In this document: positions 1 to 8,730 of the stretch, in pieces
Layout of the letters: each line of letters opens with the position of its first letter
Numbering within the stretch: position 1 is the stretch's first letter
Source of the DNA: Tubiluchus corallicola
Taxonomy: Eukaryota; Animalia; Priapulida
DNA length: 64,000 nucleotides
Reading direction: 5' to 3'
Assembly (NCBI GenBank): GCA_030141605.1
Contig: JAQGDQ010002389.1
Span: forward strand, 124,001 to 188,000
Made by a program: the position numbers and the translations under genes
The notes under the pieces: generated by a model
Told to the model about the DNA's origin: nothing
Seen by the model: the letters and a program-made list of their open reading frames with translations, nothing else
The model's database searches: none

Positions 1-635
1 ATCTTAAAATAAGGCTTTAAAACTTCTAAAGCCTCTTCTACAGTCTTCTGATTCGTTAAGGCCATCGCTTCATCAGCATTTGGCATAAAAATATCAACCC
101 CCTCACTCTTCTTTATAAAGGCCTCTAAAGGAAGTTCGGCAGATTCCCACCCAATATCAAGCGAAACCGTTATACCATACTCTGCCTTCTTTACAGCCAG
201 GGAAGAGGCATTCTCCAAATAATCCAATCCACAAAAATGCAAATGGCGAAAATGTTCTGGAAAATAATCACACACATCCCACGATGGTGATGGTTTAACA
301 TACGTCACCATCGCTCTATCGCCCTCGTGAGGCAATATGGCGGTCACTTTCGGCAAGGAATCATCCCGCTCAATCATATAAGACATATTTACATGAGAGT
401 CTTTCATGTAGCGCTTAACCTCAAGGCTGAAAAGATCAGTGCCAATATCATCAATATGAGCAACACTGCATCCCAAATGCGACAACCATACACTTGTTGA
501 AAAACCGCCTCCAGGAGAAATTGTCAAGCCATCCGCAAAAAATTCACGACCCGCTTCAGGCAAATGTTCAATATTCTCAAAAACCAAATCGCAAAATACT
601 GTCCCGCTGACAACAATATCAACTTTCTGCTCCAC
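1..635 (-). CDS. PfkB-family carbohydrate kinase (3' end outside window)
   Basis: Not in the ORF track. Manual translation from GTG at 635 (RBS GGGGA) gives MEQKVDIVVSGTVFCDLVFENIEHLPEAGREFFADGLTISPGGG...LGCSVAHIDDIGTDLFS...GDRAMVTY, matching PfkB N-terminal motifs. Lies downstream of nagB. Confidence 0.8.
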   Translation of the reverse strand, partial: MEQKVDIVVSGTVFCDLVFENIEHLPEAGREFFADGLTISPGGGFSTSVWLSHLGCSVAHIDDIGTDLFSLEVKRYMKDSHVNMSYMIERDDSLPKVTAILPHEGDRAMVTYVKPSPSWDVCDYFPEHFRHLHFCGLDYLENASSLAVKKAEYGITVSLDIGWESAELPLEAFIKKSEGVDIFMPNADEAMALTNQKTVEEALEVLKPYFK

Positions 636-670
636 CTTGTCCCCTTTGATTCATATATCATTTAAAAAAA

Positions 671-1492
671 CTAACGATACAATCCATCGATTAACGAATC
701 AACATTCAGATAATCTTTTTCGACTTCCTTAAAATGATGATACGTTTTAACTTTTAACTCATAGGCCGCTTCTTCATCAATAACAAGAATTGCAGAAGGA
801 TGCAATTGAAGCGCAGAAATCGTCCACATATGATTGATTCCTTTCTCAATCGCATGCTTGATAGCACGCGCCTTCTTCACACCACTCGCCATAATAACAA
901 CTTCCTGCGCATCTAAAAATGTCGCCACACCAATCGTCATCGCTAGGGTCGGGACCTGCTCAATATCATTATTAAAAAAACGCGCATTAGATGAACGTGT
1001 TGTCAGCGTTAACTCCTTATCACGAGTCCGAGATTGTAACGACGATCCCGCCTCATTAAATGCTAAATGGCCATCATCTCCTACACCACCAATAAAAAGA
1101 TGAACCCCTCCATAAGAACGAATACACTCTTCATACCGCCGCCCTTCCGCTTTTAAATCTTTCGCAAGACCATCAGGAATATTGATATTCTTATCAGAAA
1201 TATCAATATGCTTAAAAAAAGTTTCATACATATAAAAATGATAGCTTTGTGGATGAGAGGGATCAAGACCAACATACTCATCCATATTAAAAGTAATAAC
1301 ATGACGAAAACTTAAAAGACCATCTTGGTAAAATTTTATCAGCTGGCGATACATAGGAAGAGGAGTACCCCCTGTCGGCAAACCTAAAATAAATGGCGAA
1401 TCCTCCGTAGGAGAAAAAGAGCGAATCTTCTGAAGAATATAATAAGCAACCCATTTTCCATAATCCTCTTGCGATGTAATCACAACACGCAT
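671..1492 (-). CDS. nagB: glucosamine-6-phosphate deaminase
   Basis: Motifs LGLPTGGTP, TFNMDEYVGL, HPQSYH, GHLAFNE, NARFF. ATG at 1492 with GGAG RBS preferred to TTG at 1531. Confidence 0.95.
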   Translation of the reverse strand: MRVVITSQEDYGKWVAYYILQKIRSFSPTEDSPFILGLPTGGTPLPMYRQLIKFYQDGLLSFRHVITFNMDEYVGLDPSHPQSYHFYMYETFFKHIDISDKNINIPDGLAKDLKAEGRRYEECIRSYGGVHLFIGGVGDDGHLAFNEAGSSLQSRTRDKELTLTTRSSNARFFNNDIEQVPTLAMTIGVATFLDAQEVVIMASGVKKARAIKHAIEKGINHMWTISALQLHPSAILVIDEEAAYELKVKTYHHFKEVEKDYLNVDSLIDGLYR

Positions 1493-1582
1493 ATAGCTAT
1501 TCTCCTTCAACCATACAAGCAAAAATCTCAATAAATAACATAATAAAATGTCTCTTTTATAAAATATACAAATAGAGTACTC

Positions 1583-3439
1583 TCACGCATGCTCACGAAA
1601 CCAACGATAAATAGATTGTGCCAGATTTTTACTGATACCGTCAACAGATTTCAAATCCTCAACGCTTGCCTGCTTTATAGATTCTACAGAACCAAAATAA
1701 TGAAGAAGTGCTTTTTTTCTCACGGAACCAATAGAAGGAATATCATCTAAAACCGACTTCCTCATTGATTTTAAACGACGAGAACGATGCGCTTTTATCG
1801 CAAAACGATGCGCTTCATCACGAAGGCGCTGTACAAAAAATAATAAACTGTCCCGCTCTCCTAAACAATCAGGCGGTAAGTCTTTATCTCGCCATATCCT
1901 TTCCTGGCCAGCATGGCGGTCCTTCCCTTTTGAGACAGCAATCACACGAATCCTCTGAATGCGAAAGCGAGCCAAAACATCATGCGCAACACGAAGATGT
2001 TCACGACCACCATCTAAAATCCAAAGATCCGGCCACTTCCCATGAGACTCAGAACGCAACAAATTCTCTAAACGACGCTCCAAAACCTCTCTCATAATGC
2101 CTAAATCATCCCCTAAAGACCCTTCCTCACACCGAATAGAAAATCTACGATACGACTTTTTTTGCCACCCGCGAATGGTAGCAACAACCATAACACCATA
2201 AACATAACTCCCCTGTAAATGGCTATTGTCAAAAATTTCTACACGCTCAGGAGATACAGGCATATTCAAAAAAACACCTAAAGCATGAAGATCATGGCGC
2301 CATACATGAATCTGTTTGAAAAATTGTTTTAAAGATTCAGAAGCATTCTGAACCGCTAAATTTAACATATGACGATAATTTCCTTGCACAGGAACAGAAA
2401 TCATTCCCTTTTTCCTGTTTCCTTTCTTTCGAAATAAAGAAGATAATAAAGAACAATTCGAAGGCTCATGGCTGACAATAATACGAGAAGGAATGTCATT
2501 CTTGTCAATCATATAAAAACGACTTAAAAATACTTCCATAACATCTTCCGGATTCTCCTCCTCATAAGATAGAAAAAATGTGTGAATATTTTCACTCTTA
2601 CCATTCCGAAAAATAAAAACATAAATACAAAATATATCTCCTATCTGAAAAAGACCTATAACATCACACTCTTCTAAAGAAATGTCATAAATATACTGGT
2701 GGGCCTGAATCTTTGAAAGAGCCCGAATCCGATCTCGAAAAACACACGCTGATTCAAAGTCAAGAGCACGACTCGCCTCTTGCATTGATTCTGCAAGCTT
2801 TTTTTGAACTTCCTGGCTGCGCCCTCGCAAAAAAAGACGCACCTGCTCTAAGTAAAAATGATACGCTTCCTTACTCACCAGACCAACACAAGCACCAGAA
2901 CATTGCTTGATATGATACAAAAGACAAGGGCGGTCACGACTCTGAAAAATACGATCAGAACAGGTACGCAACAAAAACGCCTTTTGTAAAACCTTTAATG
3001 TCTCGTTCACGGCTCTATCTGAAGAAAAAGGACCAAAATAATCTCCTTTTTCTTTATGCTGACCACGACTCCTTATTTTCTGAACCCTTGGATAATCATG
3101 AGAAACACCAATAAAAATCTGAGGAGGGGACTTATGATCCCGTAAATCAACATTATAACGAGGACTCAACGACTTGATTAAAGAAGCCTCTAATAATAAA
3201 GCTTCCTCCTCTGTATTCGTAACAGTGAATTCTAAGCTCCTTACTAAGGAAACCATAATCTGCAGACGAGTTGGAAGCTTTGAAGGATGAGTATAATATT
3301 CAATACGCTTGCGTAGCGATTTCGCTTTCCCAACATAAAGAACACACCCCTCCTCACCCAGCATACGATAAACACCTGGCATTAACGGAATGGTCGAAAG
3401 CATATTCTTTATCAAAAGAGAGCCCAAAGCATCAAACAT
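1583..3439 (-). CDS. uvrC: excinuclease ABC subunit C
   Basis: GIY-YIG domain (PGVY..LYVGKAK), UVR motif, RNaseH-like domain (FDNSH, ILDGG, RDEAHRFA), C-terminal HhH2. Confidence 0.97.
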   Translation of the reverse strand: MFDALGSLLIKNMLSTIPLMPGVYRMLGEEGCVLYVGKAKSLRKRIEYYTHPSKLPTRLQIMVSLVRSLEFTVTNTEEEALLLEASLIKSLSPRYNVDLRDHKSPPQIFIGVSHDYPRVQKIRSRGQHKEKGDYFGPFSSDRAVNETLKVLQKAFLLRTCSDRIFQSRDRPCLLYHIKQCSGACVGLVSKEAYHFYLEQVRLFLRGRSQEVQKKLAESMQEASRALDFESACVFRDRIRALSKIQAHQYIYDISLEECDVIGLFQIGDIFCIYVFIFRNGKSENIHTFFLSYEEENPEDVMEVFLSRFYMIDKNDIPSRIIVSHEPSNCSLLSSLFRKKGNRKKGMISVPVQGNYRHMLNLAVQNASESLKQFFKQIHVWRHDLHALGVFLNMPVSPERVEIFDNSHLQGSYVYGVMVVATIRGWQKKSYRRFSIRCEEGSLGDDLGIMREVLERRLENLLRSESHGKWPDLWILDGGREHLRVAHDVLARFRIQRIRVIAVSKGKDRHAGQERIWRDKDLPPDCLGERDSLLFFVQRLRDEAHRFAIKAHRSRRLKSMRKSVLDDIPSIGSVRKKALLHYFGSVESIKQASVEDLKSVDGISKNLAQSIYRWFREHA

Positions 3440-3482
3440 GTTTAAATCCTAGTAATAATATACGCGACCTTTCAAAAAATAT

Positions 3483-3517
3483 TCATCCACAAAATATGTG
3501 GACAATTTCGTGTAAAA
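3483..3517. promoter_or_regulatory. DnaA-box triplet, unit 1
   Basis: TCATCCACA-5bp-TGTGGACAA-3bp-CGTGTAAAA. Confidence 0.7.
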
Positions 3518-3784
3518 GCTATGTATCTAAACTAAATAATCCCTTAAAACAAGGGTATAGATCATATGATTAAAAAATAAACAATTTATTACAAAAAAAA
3601 TATAATATACTGATATGTATGATTATTTTTAAAATTCTCTTCTGTACATAAACTCATGAAATAAACTATATGAAAAATAACTTGTAAAATATTCCTTGTG
3701 CGCAGATTCCTTAACGCAAAAACAAGGTTTACAAAATATACATTTTCAGAATTGAAGAACTTTTATCAAAAATAAGACGGGCAT

Positions 3785-3813
3785 AAAGTAACAACAGCAT
3801 TTCCCTTTGTCAA
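3785..3813 (-). promoter_or_regulatory. sigma70-type promoter facing uvrC (unit 1)
   Basis: Minus strand TTGACA-17bp-TACTTT. Confidence 0.55.
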
Positions 3814-3821
3814 GAGAATAT

Positions 3822-3856
3822 TCATCCACAAAATATGTGGATAATTCTGTGTAAAA
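3822..3856. promoter_or_regulatory. DnaA-box triplet, unit 2
   Basis: TCATCCACA-5bp-TGTGGATAA (perfect inverted TTATCCACA)-3bp-TGTGTAAAA. Confidence 0.8.
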
Positions 3857-4145
3857 ACTATGTATCTAAACTGAATACCCCCTTAAAACAAGGGTGTAGC
3901 CAGTATGATTAAAAAATAGACAATTTATCACAAATAAATATAATATGCTGATATATATCACTATTTTTTAAAACACGCTACTGTGCATAAACTCATAAAA
4001 TAAATAATATAAAAGAGAGCATGAAAAATAATTCGTAAAATATCCCTTGTGCATAGATTCCTTCCTGCAAAAACGAGATTTACAAAATATATACTTTCAA
4101 AATAGAAGAATTTTTATCAGAAATGATAAAAAATAAGACGGGCAC

Positions 4146-4174
4146 AAGGTAACAACAATATTTTCCTTTGTCAA
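4146..4174 (-). promoter_or_regulatory. sigma70-type promoter (unit 2 copy)
   Basis: Minus strand TTGACA-17bp-TACCTT. Confidence 0.5.
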
Positions 4175-4182
4175 GAGAATAT

Positions 4183-4217
4183 TCATCCACAAAATATGTG
4201 GATAATTCTGTGTAAAA
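4183..4217. promoter_or_regulatory. DnaA-box triplet, unit 3
   Basis: TCATCCACA-5bp-TGTGGATAA-3bp-TGTGTAAAA. Confidence 0.8.
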
Positions 4218-4301
4218 ACTATGTATTTAAACTGAATACCCTCTTAAAACAAGGGTGTAGTCACTATGACTAAAAAACAGACAATTTATCACAAACAAAC
4301 A

Positions 4302-4314
4302 TAATTCATTGATA
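4302..4314. promoter_or_regulatory. IHF-binding consensus site
   Basis: TAATTCATTGATA fits TAAnnnnTTGATW. One-mismatch copies at 3603-3615 and 3941-3953. Confidence 0.55.
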
Positions 4315-4651
4315 TACAGTGTTATTTTTCAAGCGAGCTGCTGTGCACAAATCCATAAAATAAATAGTATGAAATAGGATATGAAAAATAATTTGTAAAA
4401 TATCTCTTGTGCATAGATTCCTTCCTGCAAAAACGAGGCTTACAAAATGCTGATTTAAAAGAGTTCTAAAACATCAGAACAGTATTTTTCCGCATAGGTC
4501 GACATTTAAAAAGCATATATTCCATTAACAGTTAATAATTTCAATATAGATCTTAAATCTGTAATTCCTAATTGAAAAATCATCTCTTTATCGCTACAAT
4601 AAATATTATAGATATTCTGTTTTAACAATAACCATCTCTAAATATTCTATT

Positions 4652-5317
4652 ATGATACAAAAACGTTTTTTTACTCTATTTCCTATAATTCTTATAAGTT
4701 TTTTTATATTATTCCCTTTGCATGCTTCTTCCCAAGCTCAACTGACAAAAGAGCAAATTAATAAAATTAAAAATATAGAACAGCAACTCAATTATATAAA
4801 ATCATTTGACGCCTGCTTCATGCAATATACAAATACAGGTGAAAAAGCTTCTGGCTATATTGCAATCTCTAGAATCTCAACAGGCCAGATGTTAATGGAA
4901 TATAACCCTCCTACTCCTTTAAGAATTGTTGCTAACGGTAATGTTTTACTCTATGAAGATACAAAACTGCAGCAGCGTACGCAGGTTTTCACCAACTCAA
5001 CACCCGCCTCTATTCTCTTACAGAAGACTCTCTCTTTCTTTAGTAAAGATATTATTCTCAACAACTATAGAGAAGATACAGAAAACAATAGCTACATTAA
5101 CGTCACATGGGCTCGCTCCCCAGAAGAAGGGGCCCTAACATTCATTATTCAGGATAACAAAATCAGTGGATGGGTTATTCATGAGCCTAACGGCATAGAA
5201 ACCACCCTCTTTCTTCATCAATTCCGAGAATCCCCTAAATTACAAGCATCAACCTTCTGGATTAATAGACCAGATGGAGTAGCCCCTATTAAACATTCTT
5301 GTGATCGTTATCAATAA
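4652..5317 (+). CDS. lolA: outer-membrane lipoprotein carrier LolA family protein
   Basis: Signal peptide, then F.Q...G....G, MEYNPP, IVANG..L...D.KL.Q, TPASILL, as in alphaproteobacterial LolA. Confidence 0.85.
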   Translation: MIQKRFFTLFPIILISFFILFPLHASSQAQLTKEQINKIKNIEQQLNYIKSFDACFMQYTNTGEKASGYIAISRISTGQMLMEYNPPTPLRIVANGNVLLYEDTKLQQRTQVFTNSTPASILLQKTLSFFSKDIILNNYREDTENNSYINVTWARSPEEGALTFIIQDNKISGWVIHEPNGIETTLFLHQFRESPKLQASTFWINRPDGVAPIKHSCDRYQ

Positions 5318-5321
5318 AAAT

Positions 5322-5996
5322 TTATTCTTTTTCAGAGGCAAAAAGAATGCACGCTATTTTAACTTCACCCGTAAAGTTATCACCGACCTCAAGATTGACA
5401 TGAAGCTTTTTCGCAAAACAGCCTGTAAACCAAGATTGAATGTTCCTAGGTGTTAAATTCTCTGTAGAACATTCAAGCAAAAGCGCTTCATGAATATCTA
5501 GTGGCAAACTCGTTCCTTCACCACTCGCGCGTAAAGCAACACCAACCTCTTTCCTGCTTAGCGGCGCAAAAAAAATAGAAACCTCTCCTCCCTGCGGAAT
5601 ACATGCTGATACCGTAAGCGCTAAATTCAAAATAAGCTTAATAGTATCAGACGTCATCACCGGTAAAAAAATATCATCAGCTTCACTCTGCCAATATAAT
5701 TCAATTTCTTGCATCTGCAATACGCTCCTTAGCAAGGAACGTATCTCATGAATATGAACCTTCCCTTCTCCAAAAGAAGATTGACCAAAGCATATACGGA
5801 ATAAAGACAAACGTTTTGCTAACTGCTGTCCACTGATGTCAACGAGCTCAAAAGCCTCACCAATTGATTCATTCTCTTGGCGGATCATATCCATCCCCAT
5901 AAGAAGATTACCCGACAATCCCACAAGATCGTGGCATACCCGTGAGCAAAGAAGTTGAGCCACTCGCAAGTCTACGACATAATCGTTTTGAGCCAT
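5322..5996 (-). CDS. chpT: histidine phosphotransferase ChpT
   Basis: LLCSRVCHDL phospho-His motif, RL..FR..FG, KLILNL, IPQGG, LTPRNIQ. Confidence 0.88.
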   Translation of the reverse strand: MAQNDYVVDLRVAQLLCSRVCHDLVGLSGNLLMGMDMIRQENESIGEAFELVDISGQQLAKRLSLFRICFGQSSFGEGKVHIHEIRSLLRSVLQMQEIELYWQSEADDIFLPVMTSDTIKLILNLALTVSACIPQGGEVSIFFAPLSRKEVGVALRASGEGTSLPLDIHEALLLECSTENLTPRNIQSWFTGCFAKKLHVNLEVGDNFTGEVKIACILFASEKE

Positions 5997-6135
5997 TCTT
6001 TAACCTAACATTTCCTTATCTGTAAGATTCCCATTATATTTATGATTTTTTAAATTATTATAGTATATATAATATAGTATTCTTTATAGCATGTCTTTTA
6101 TCAACAAAAGGTAAAATTATGAAAGATAAAAGTGA

Positions 6136-6927
6136 ATGATTTCCTCCCAAAAAAACTACAAAATCTGCTTTATAGCCTCTCATCACTCCAAAGCACAAGA
6201 AACATTAAAATATTTTCAACAAAACAATATCAACACCCCTCTTAAGCAGGCAGATGTCGTTGTTTGCCTTGGAGGTGACGGGTTTATGCTAAGAACAATT
6301 CATCAGCTCGCTTACAAAAATATTCCTATATATGGTATTAATACAGGAACAACAGGATTTTTACTTAATCAGTATACGCTGGAAATATGCCTGCAAGAGC
6401 GAATCCAAAACGCTGATAAAATCACCCTGCTCCCACTAAATATGGAGGTTATTGATATTCATGGAAAACGACACTCCTTCATGGCATTCAATGAAGTCTC
6501 TTTGATTCGATCCAGCAGCGTGGCAGCACATATTCATATCCATATTGATAAAATTTCACGGCTGGAAAAACTTGTTTCTGATGGAATACTCCTTGCAACA
6601 CCTGCGGGAAGCACAGCTTATAATAACGCTTGCTATGGGCCTATTTTACCATTAGGATCTAACCTGCTAGCATTAACACCTATCAGCGCCTTTCAACCCC
6701 GCCACTGGCGCGGCGCCATTCTTCCAGGAGCTGCTTGCGTCACACTTGAGAATCTCTCTCCCAAAGAACGTCCCATAACAGCATCCGCTGACTTTCATAA
6801 CGTAAAACATGTACTTAAGGTAAATGTCAGGATGACCTCTTCCTGCACGCAAACGCTCCTCTTTGATCCAGAACATAATCTAGAAGAGCGCATTCTAAAA
6901 GAACAATTTTCTTCTTTTCACTATTAA
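6136..6927 (+). CDS. nadK: NAD kinase
   Basis: LGGDGFML, NEVSL, DGILLATPAGSTAYN motifs. Confidence 0.95.
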   Translation: MISSQKNYKICFIASHHSKAQETLKYFQQNNINTPLKQADVVVCLGGDGFMLRTIHQLAYKNIPIYGINTGTTGFLLNQYTLEICLQERIQNADKITLLPLNMEVIDIHGKRHSFMAFNEVSLIRSSSVAAHIHIHIDKISRLEKLVSDGILLATPAGSTAYNNACYGPILPLGSNLLALTPISAFQPRHWRGAILPGAACVTLENLSPKERPITASADFHNVKHVLKVNVRMTSSCTQTLLFDPEHNLEERILKEQFSSFHY

Positions 6928-6950
6928 CCCTTACTTATGGCTAAATCTCT

Positions 6951-7916
6951 TTAAAAAGAGAGACAAGCGGCGAAATCGTTTCCTATTGCTTGTAAAAGAT
7001 TAAAATAAAGCGTAGGACCCGTCTCATGAGTAAATCCTACCGGATCCGGAGCAATCACATGCAACGCTCCCTTTCGTGCTTTTTTTACTCTCTGTACTAG
7101 ACCGCTCTGCGTTTGTGGTTTTTCAATAATGCAACGAATATTATCTTTCATAACCATTTTCATAAGCCTAGTAGCTATTCTTGTATTATTCTTATAGGGA
7201 TCCATTGTCATAAGCTGAGGCTTCGTAAGTTCATATCGTTTCTCAAAATATTGCCATGAATCATGAAAAATAATATATGGTGACGTGCTGGAGGCCGATA
7301 ATTTCCCCATGATCTCCGCGTGAAGCTTTTGAATCATGACAATTGATCGCTGAAGATTCCGCCTATATACAACAGCGTTCTCAGGAAAATGTTGCGACAG
7401 AACAAGAGCAATCTCCCGCAACCAAACAATCGCATTTTGAGGATCAAGCCACATATAGTTATCAATCTTATCGCTGTTGGAAAGCGTTTCGTCCTCTCTC
7501 CGAAGAGGATAGGAAATCGTCCCTTTTACTTTAGAAAGCTCTATAGTGGTTGTATCTATATTTTCTAAATAGCGCAGGTAAGCATTATCAAAATGCTCTC
7601 CTAAGTAAAAAAAAATCTCTGCGGATCGAAGAATTGTTACCTGATAAGGACGTAAAATTTGAACATTGTCTATTAAAGTAGAAGGAGCGACAAGAAGTCC
7701 AGGCTCTGACGATGTTCCTTCCATAACCATAGCAACAAGTGAGTGAATTGGCGCAACCGAAGCAATAACCTCATTACGGGCATTCGCTAATGAAAAAAAA
7801 GCCGAGACAAATAGCAAAAAACAAATGCTGCCAGACCATAAAATATTGCGTAAAAATAAAGATCCGAAAAAATAACTTACAAACCTCATTAATCTTTTAC
7901 CCTCTTTTACTTCCAC
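6951..7916 (-). CDS. ZnuA-like metal ABC transporter substrate-binding protein (degenerate metal site)
   Basis: ASVAPIHSLV, MWLDPQNA, FHDSWQYFEKRY and DPVG follow the cluster A-I SBP pattern. No permease or ATPase adjacent. Confidence 0.75.
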   Translation of the reverse strand: MEVKEGKRLMRFVSYFFGSLFLRNILWSGSICFLLFVSAFFSLANARNEVIASVAPIHSLVAMVMEGTSSEPGLLVAPSTLIDNVQILRPYQVTILRSAEIFFYLGEHFDNAYLRYLENIDTTTIELSKVKGTISYPLRREDETLSNSDKIDNYMWLDPQNAIVWLREIALVLSQHFPENAVVYRRNLQRSIVMIQKLHAEIMGKLSASSTSPYIIFHDSWQYFEKRYELTKPQLMTMDPYKNNTRIATRLMKMVMKDNIRCIIEKPQTQSGLVQRVKKARKGALHVIAPDPVGFTHETGPTLYFNLLQAIGNDFAACLSF

Positions 7917-8174
7917 TACTTCTACTAATTTTCATCTTTTTATAAAAAACTTATCTCAATTAGAGATTTGTTCTATTTAAAGATATATTCTAAAAACACA
8001 ATGTTTTATGGCTAATAGATTAATATATGCTATATACCTCATAGTTACAACCACGAAATAGTATATTTTTTTCTAGTTTTACGAAAATTATAAAGAATAT
8101 ATTGACATAAAAAGAGATGAAGTGTAAAAAATTACAAATATATAAGATTAACAGTATTTGATACTAAAACTATA

Positions 8175-8264
8175 GGATGGATGGCCGAGCGGCTGAAGGC
8201 GCTCCCCTGCTAAGGGAGTATGGGCGAGAGCTCATCGAGGGTTCGAATCCCTCTCCATCCGCCA
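8175..8264 (+). tRNA. tRNA-Ser(GCT)
   Basis: GGATGGA acceptor stem pairs with TCCATCC-G-CCA; anticodon arm CTCCC-CTGCTAA-GGGAG; long variable arm; GGTTCGAATCC T arm. Confidence 0.97.
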
Positions 8265-8308
8265 CGTTTCCTCTATATACCCTCCCCAAAAACCGCTTTG
8301 TTGTTTTT

Positions 8309-8566
8309 CTATTCCTTGCCGCAATTCGTGCGATAAATATTATGAAGGCACCAGAAAAGAACAAGAATCGTCACGCCATACCCCCACCAGCTAAGCAATA
8401 GGCGCTTATATTCCTCCGGATGTCCACTCTCTTGGAAAAAATTTGTTATATAGCTAAAAATATAAAGCCATTCCGCCGGCATTAGAAAAAGAAAAGCCAG
8501 AAGAATAATCGATAAAATGCCCGTCTCTCCTATTCCAATTTTTCTTTTTTTAAGCAGATCCTTCAT
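8309..8566 (-). CDS. small membrane protein; truncated paralogue of the N-terminus of the neighbouring pentapeptide-repeat proteins (possible pseudogene)
   Basis: Two hydrophobic stretches. LY...EYK-x7-G-x9-W-x6-R spacing is identical to the 440 aa and 579 aa neighbours. Confidence 0.65.
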   Translation of the reverse strand: MKDLLKKRKIGIGETGILSIILLAFLFLMPAEWLYIFSYITNFFQESGHPEEYKRLLLSWWGYGVTILVLFWCLHNIYRTNCGKE

Positions 8567-8642
8567 TTTTTCCCCCTCTTATTATTCTTTATCGCTTCAT
8601 TATTATTGTAGAAATAACTTAAGGTCTCTTTTCTCTAGGGTA

Positions 8643-8671
8643 ATTATACATATATATTCGGATCTTATCAA
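8643..8671 (-). promoter_or_regulatory. sigma70-type promoter for the 85 aa ORF
   Basis: Minus strand TTGATA-17bp-TATAAT. Homologous copy TTGATG-17bp-TATAAC at 10091-10119. Confidence 0.55.
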
Positions 8672-8730
8672 TAAAATTCAATGGAATTCACAGAATCGTT
8701 TTTAGGAACTCCATTGGCTAAGAGAGTATT

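Larger units (their letters stand above)
3478..4448. repeat. tandem array of about 2.8 diverged non-coding units (periods 339 and 361 bp)
   Basis: ATTCATCCACAAAATATGTGGA starts at 3481, 3820 and 4181. Units stay colinear, sharing CTTAAAACAAGGGT, ATGAAAAATAA, AGATTCCTT and TTACAAAAT. The third unit breaks off near 4448. Confidence 0.97.

Noticed and set aside
3271-3573. 100 aa + strand ORF entering the repeat
   Set aside because: Antisense to the uvrC 5' end and not maintained as an ORF in the other units.
3478-4448. Array as the chromosomal origin (oriC)
   Set aside because: C>G skew looks the same on both sides, no dnaA, hemE or parAB neighbours, and the opposed three-box geometry fits DARS better. 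A cumulative skew plot would settle it.
3478-4448. CRISPR array or MITE cluster
   Set aside because: Units are homologous along their whole length with no unique spacers, no cas genes, no terminal inverted repeats and no target-site duplications.
8170-8401. Short ORFs on both strands over 8170-8401
   Set aside because: They overlap tRNA-Ser and are incidental.
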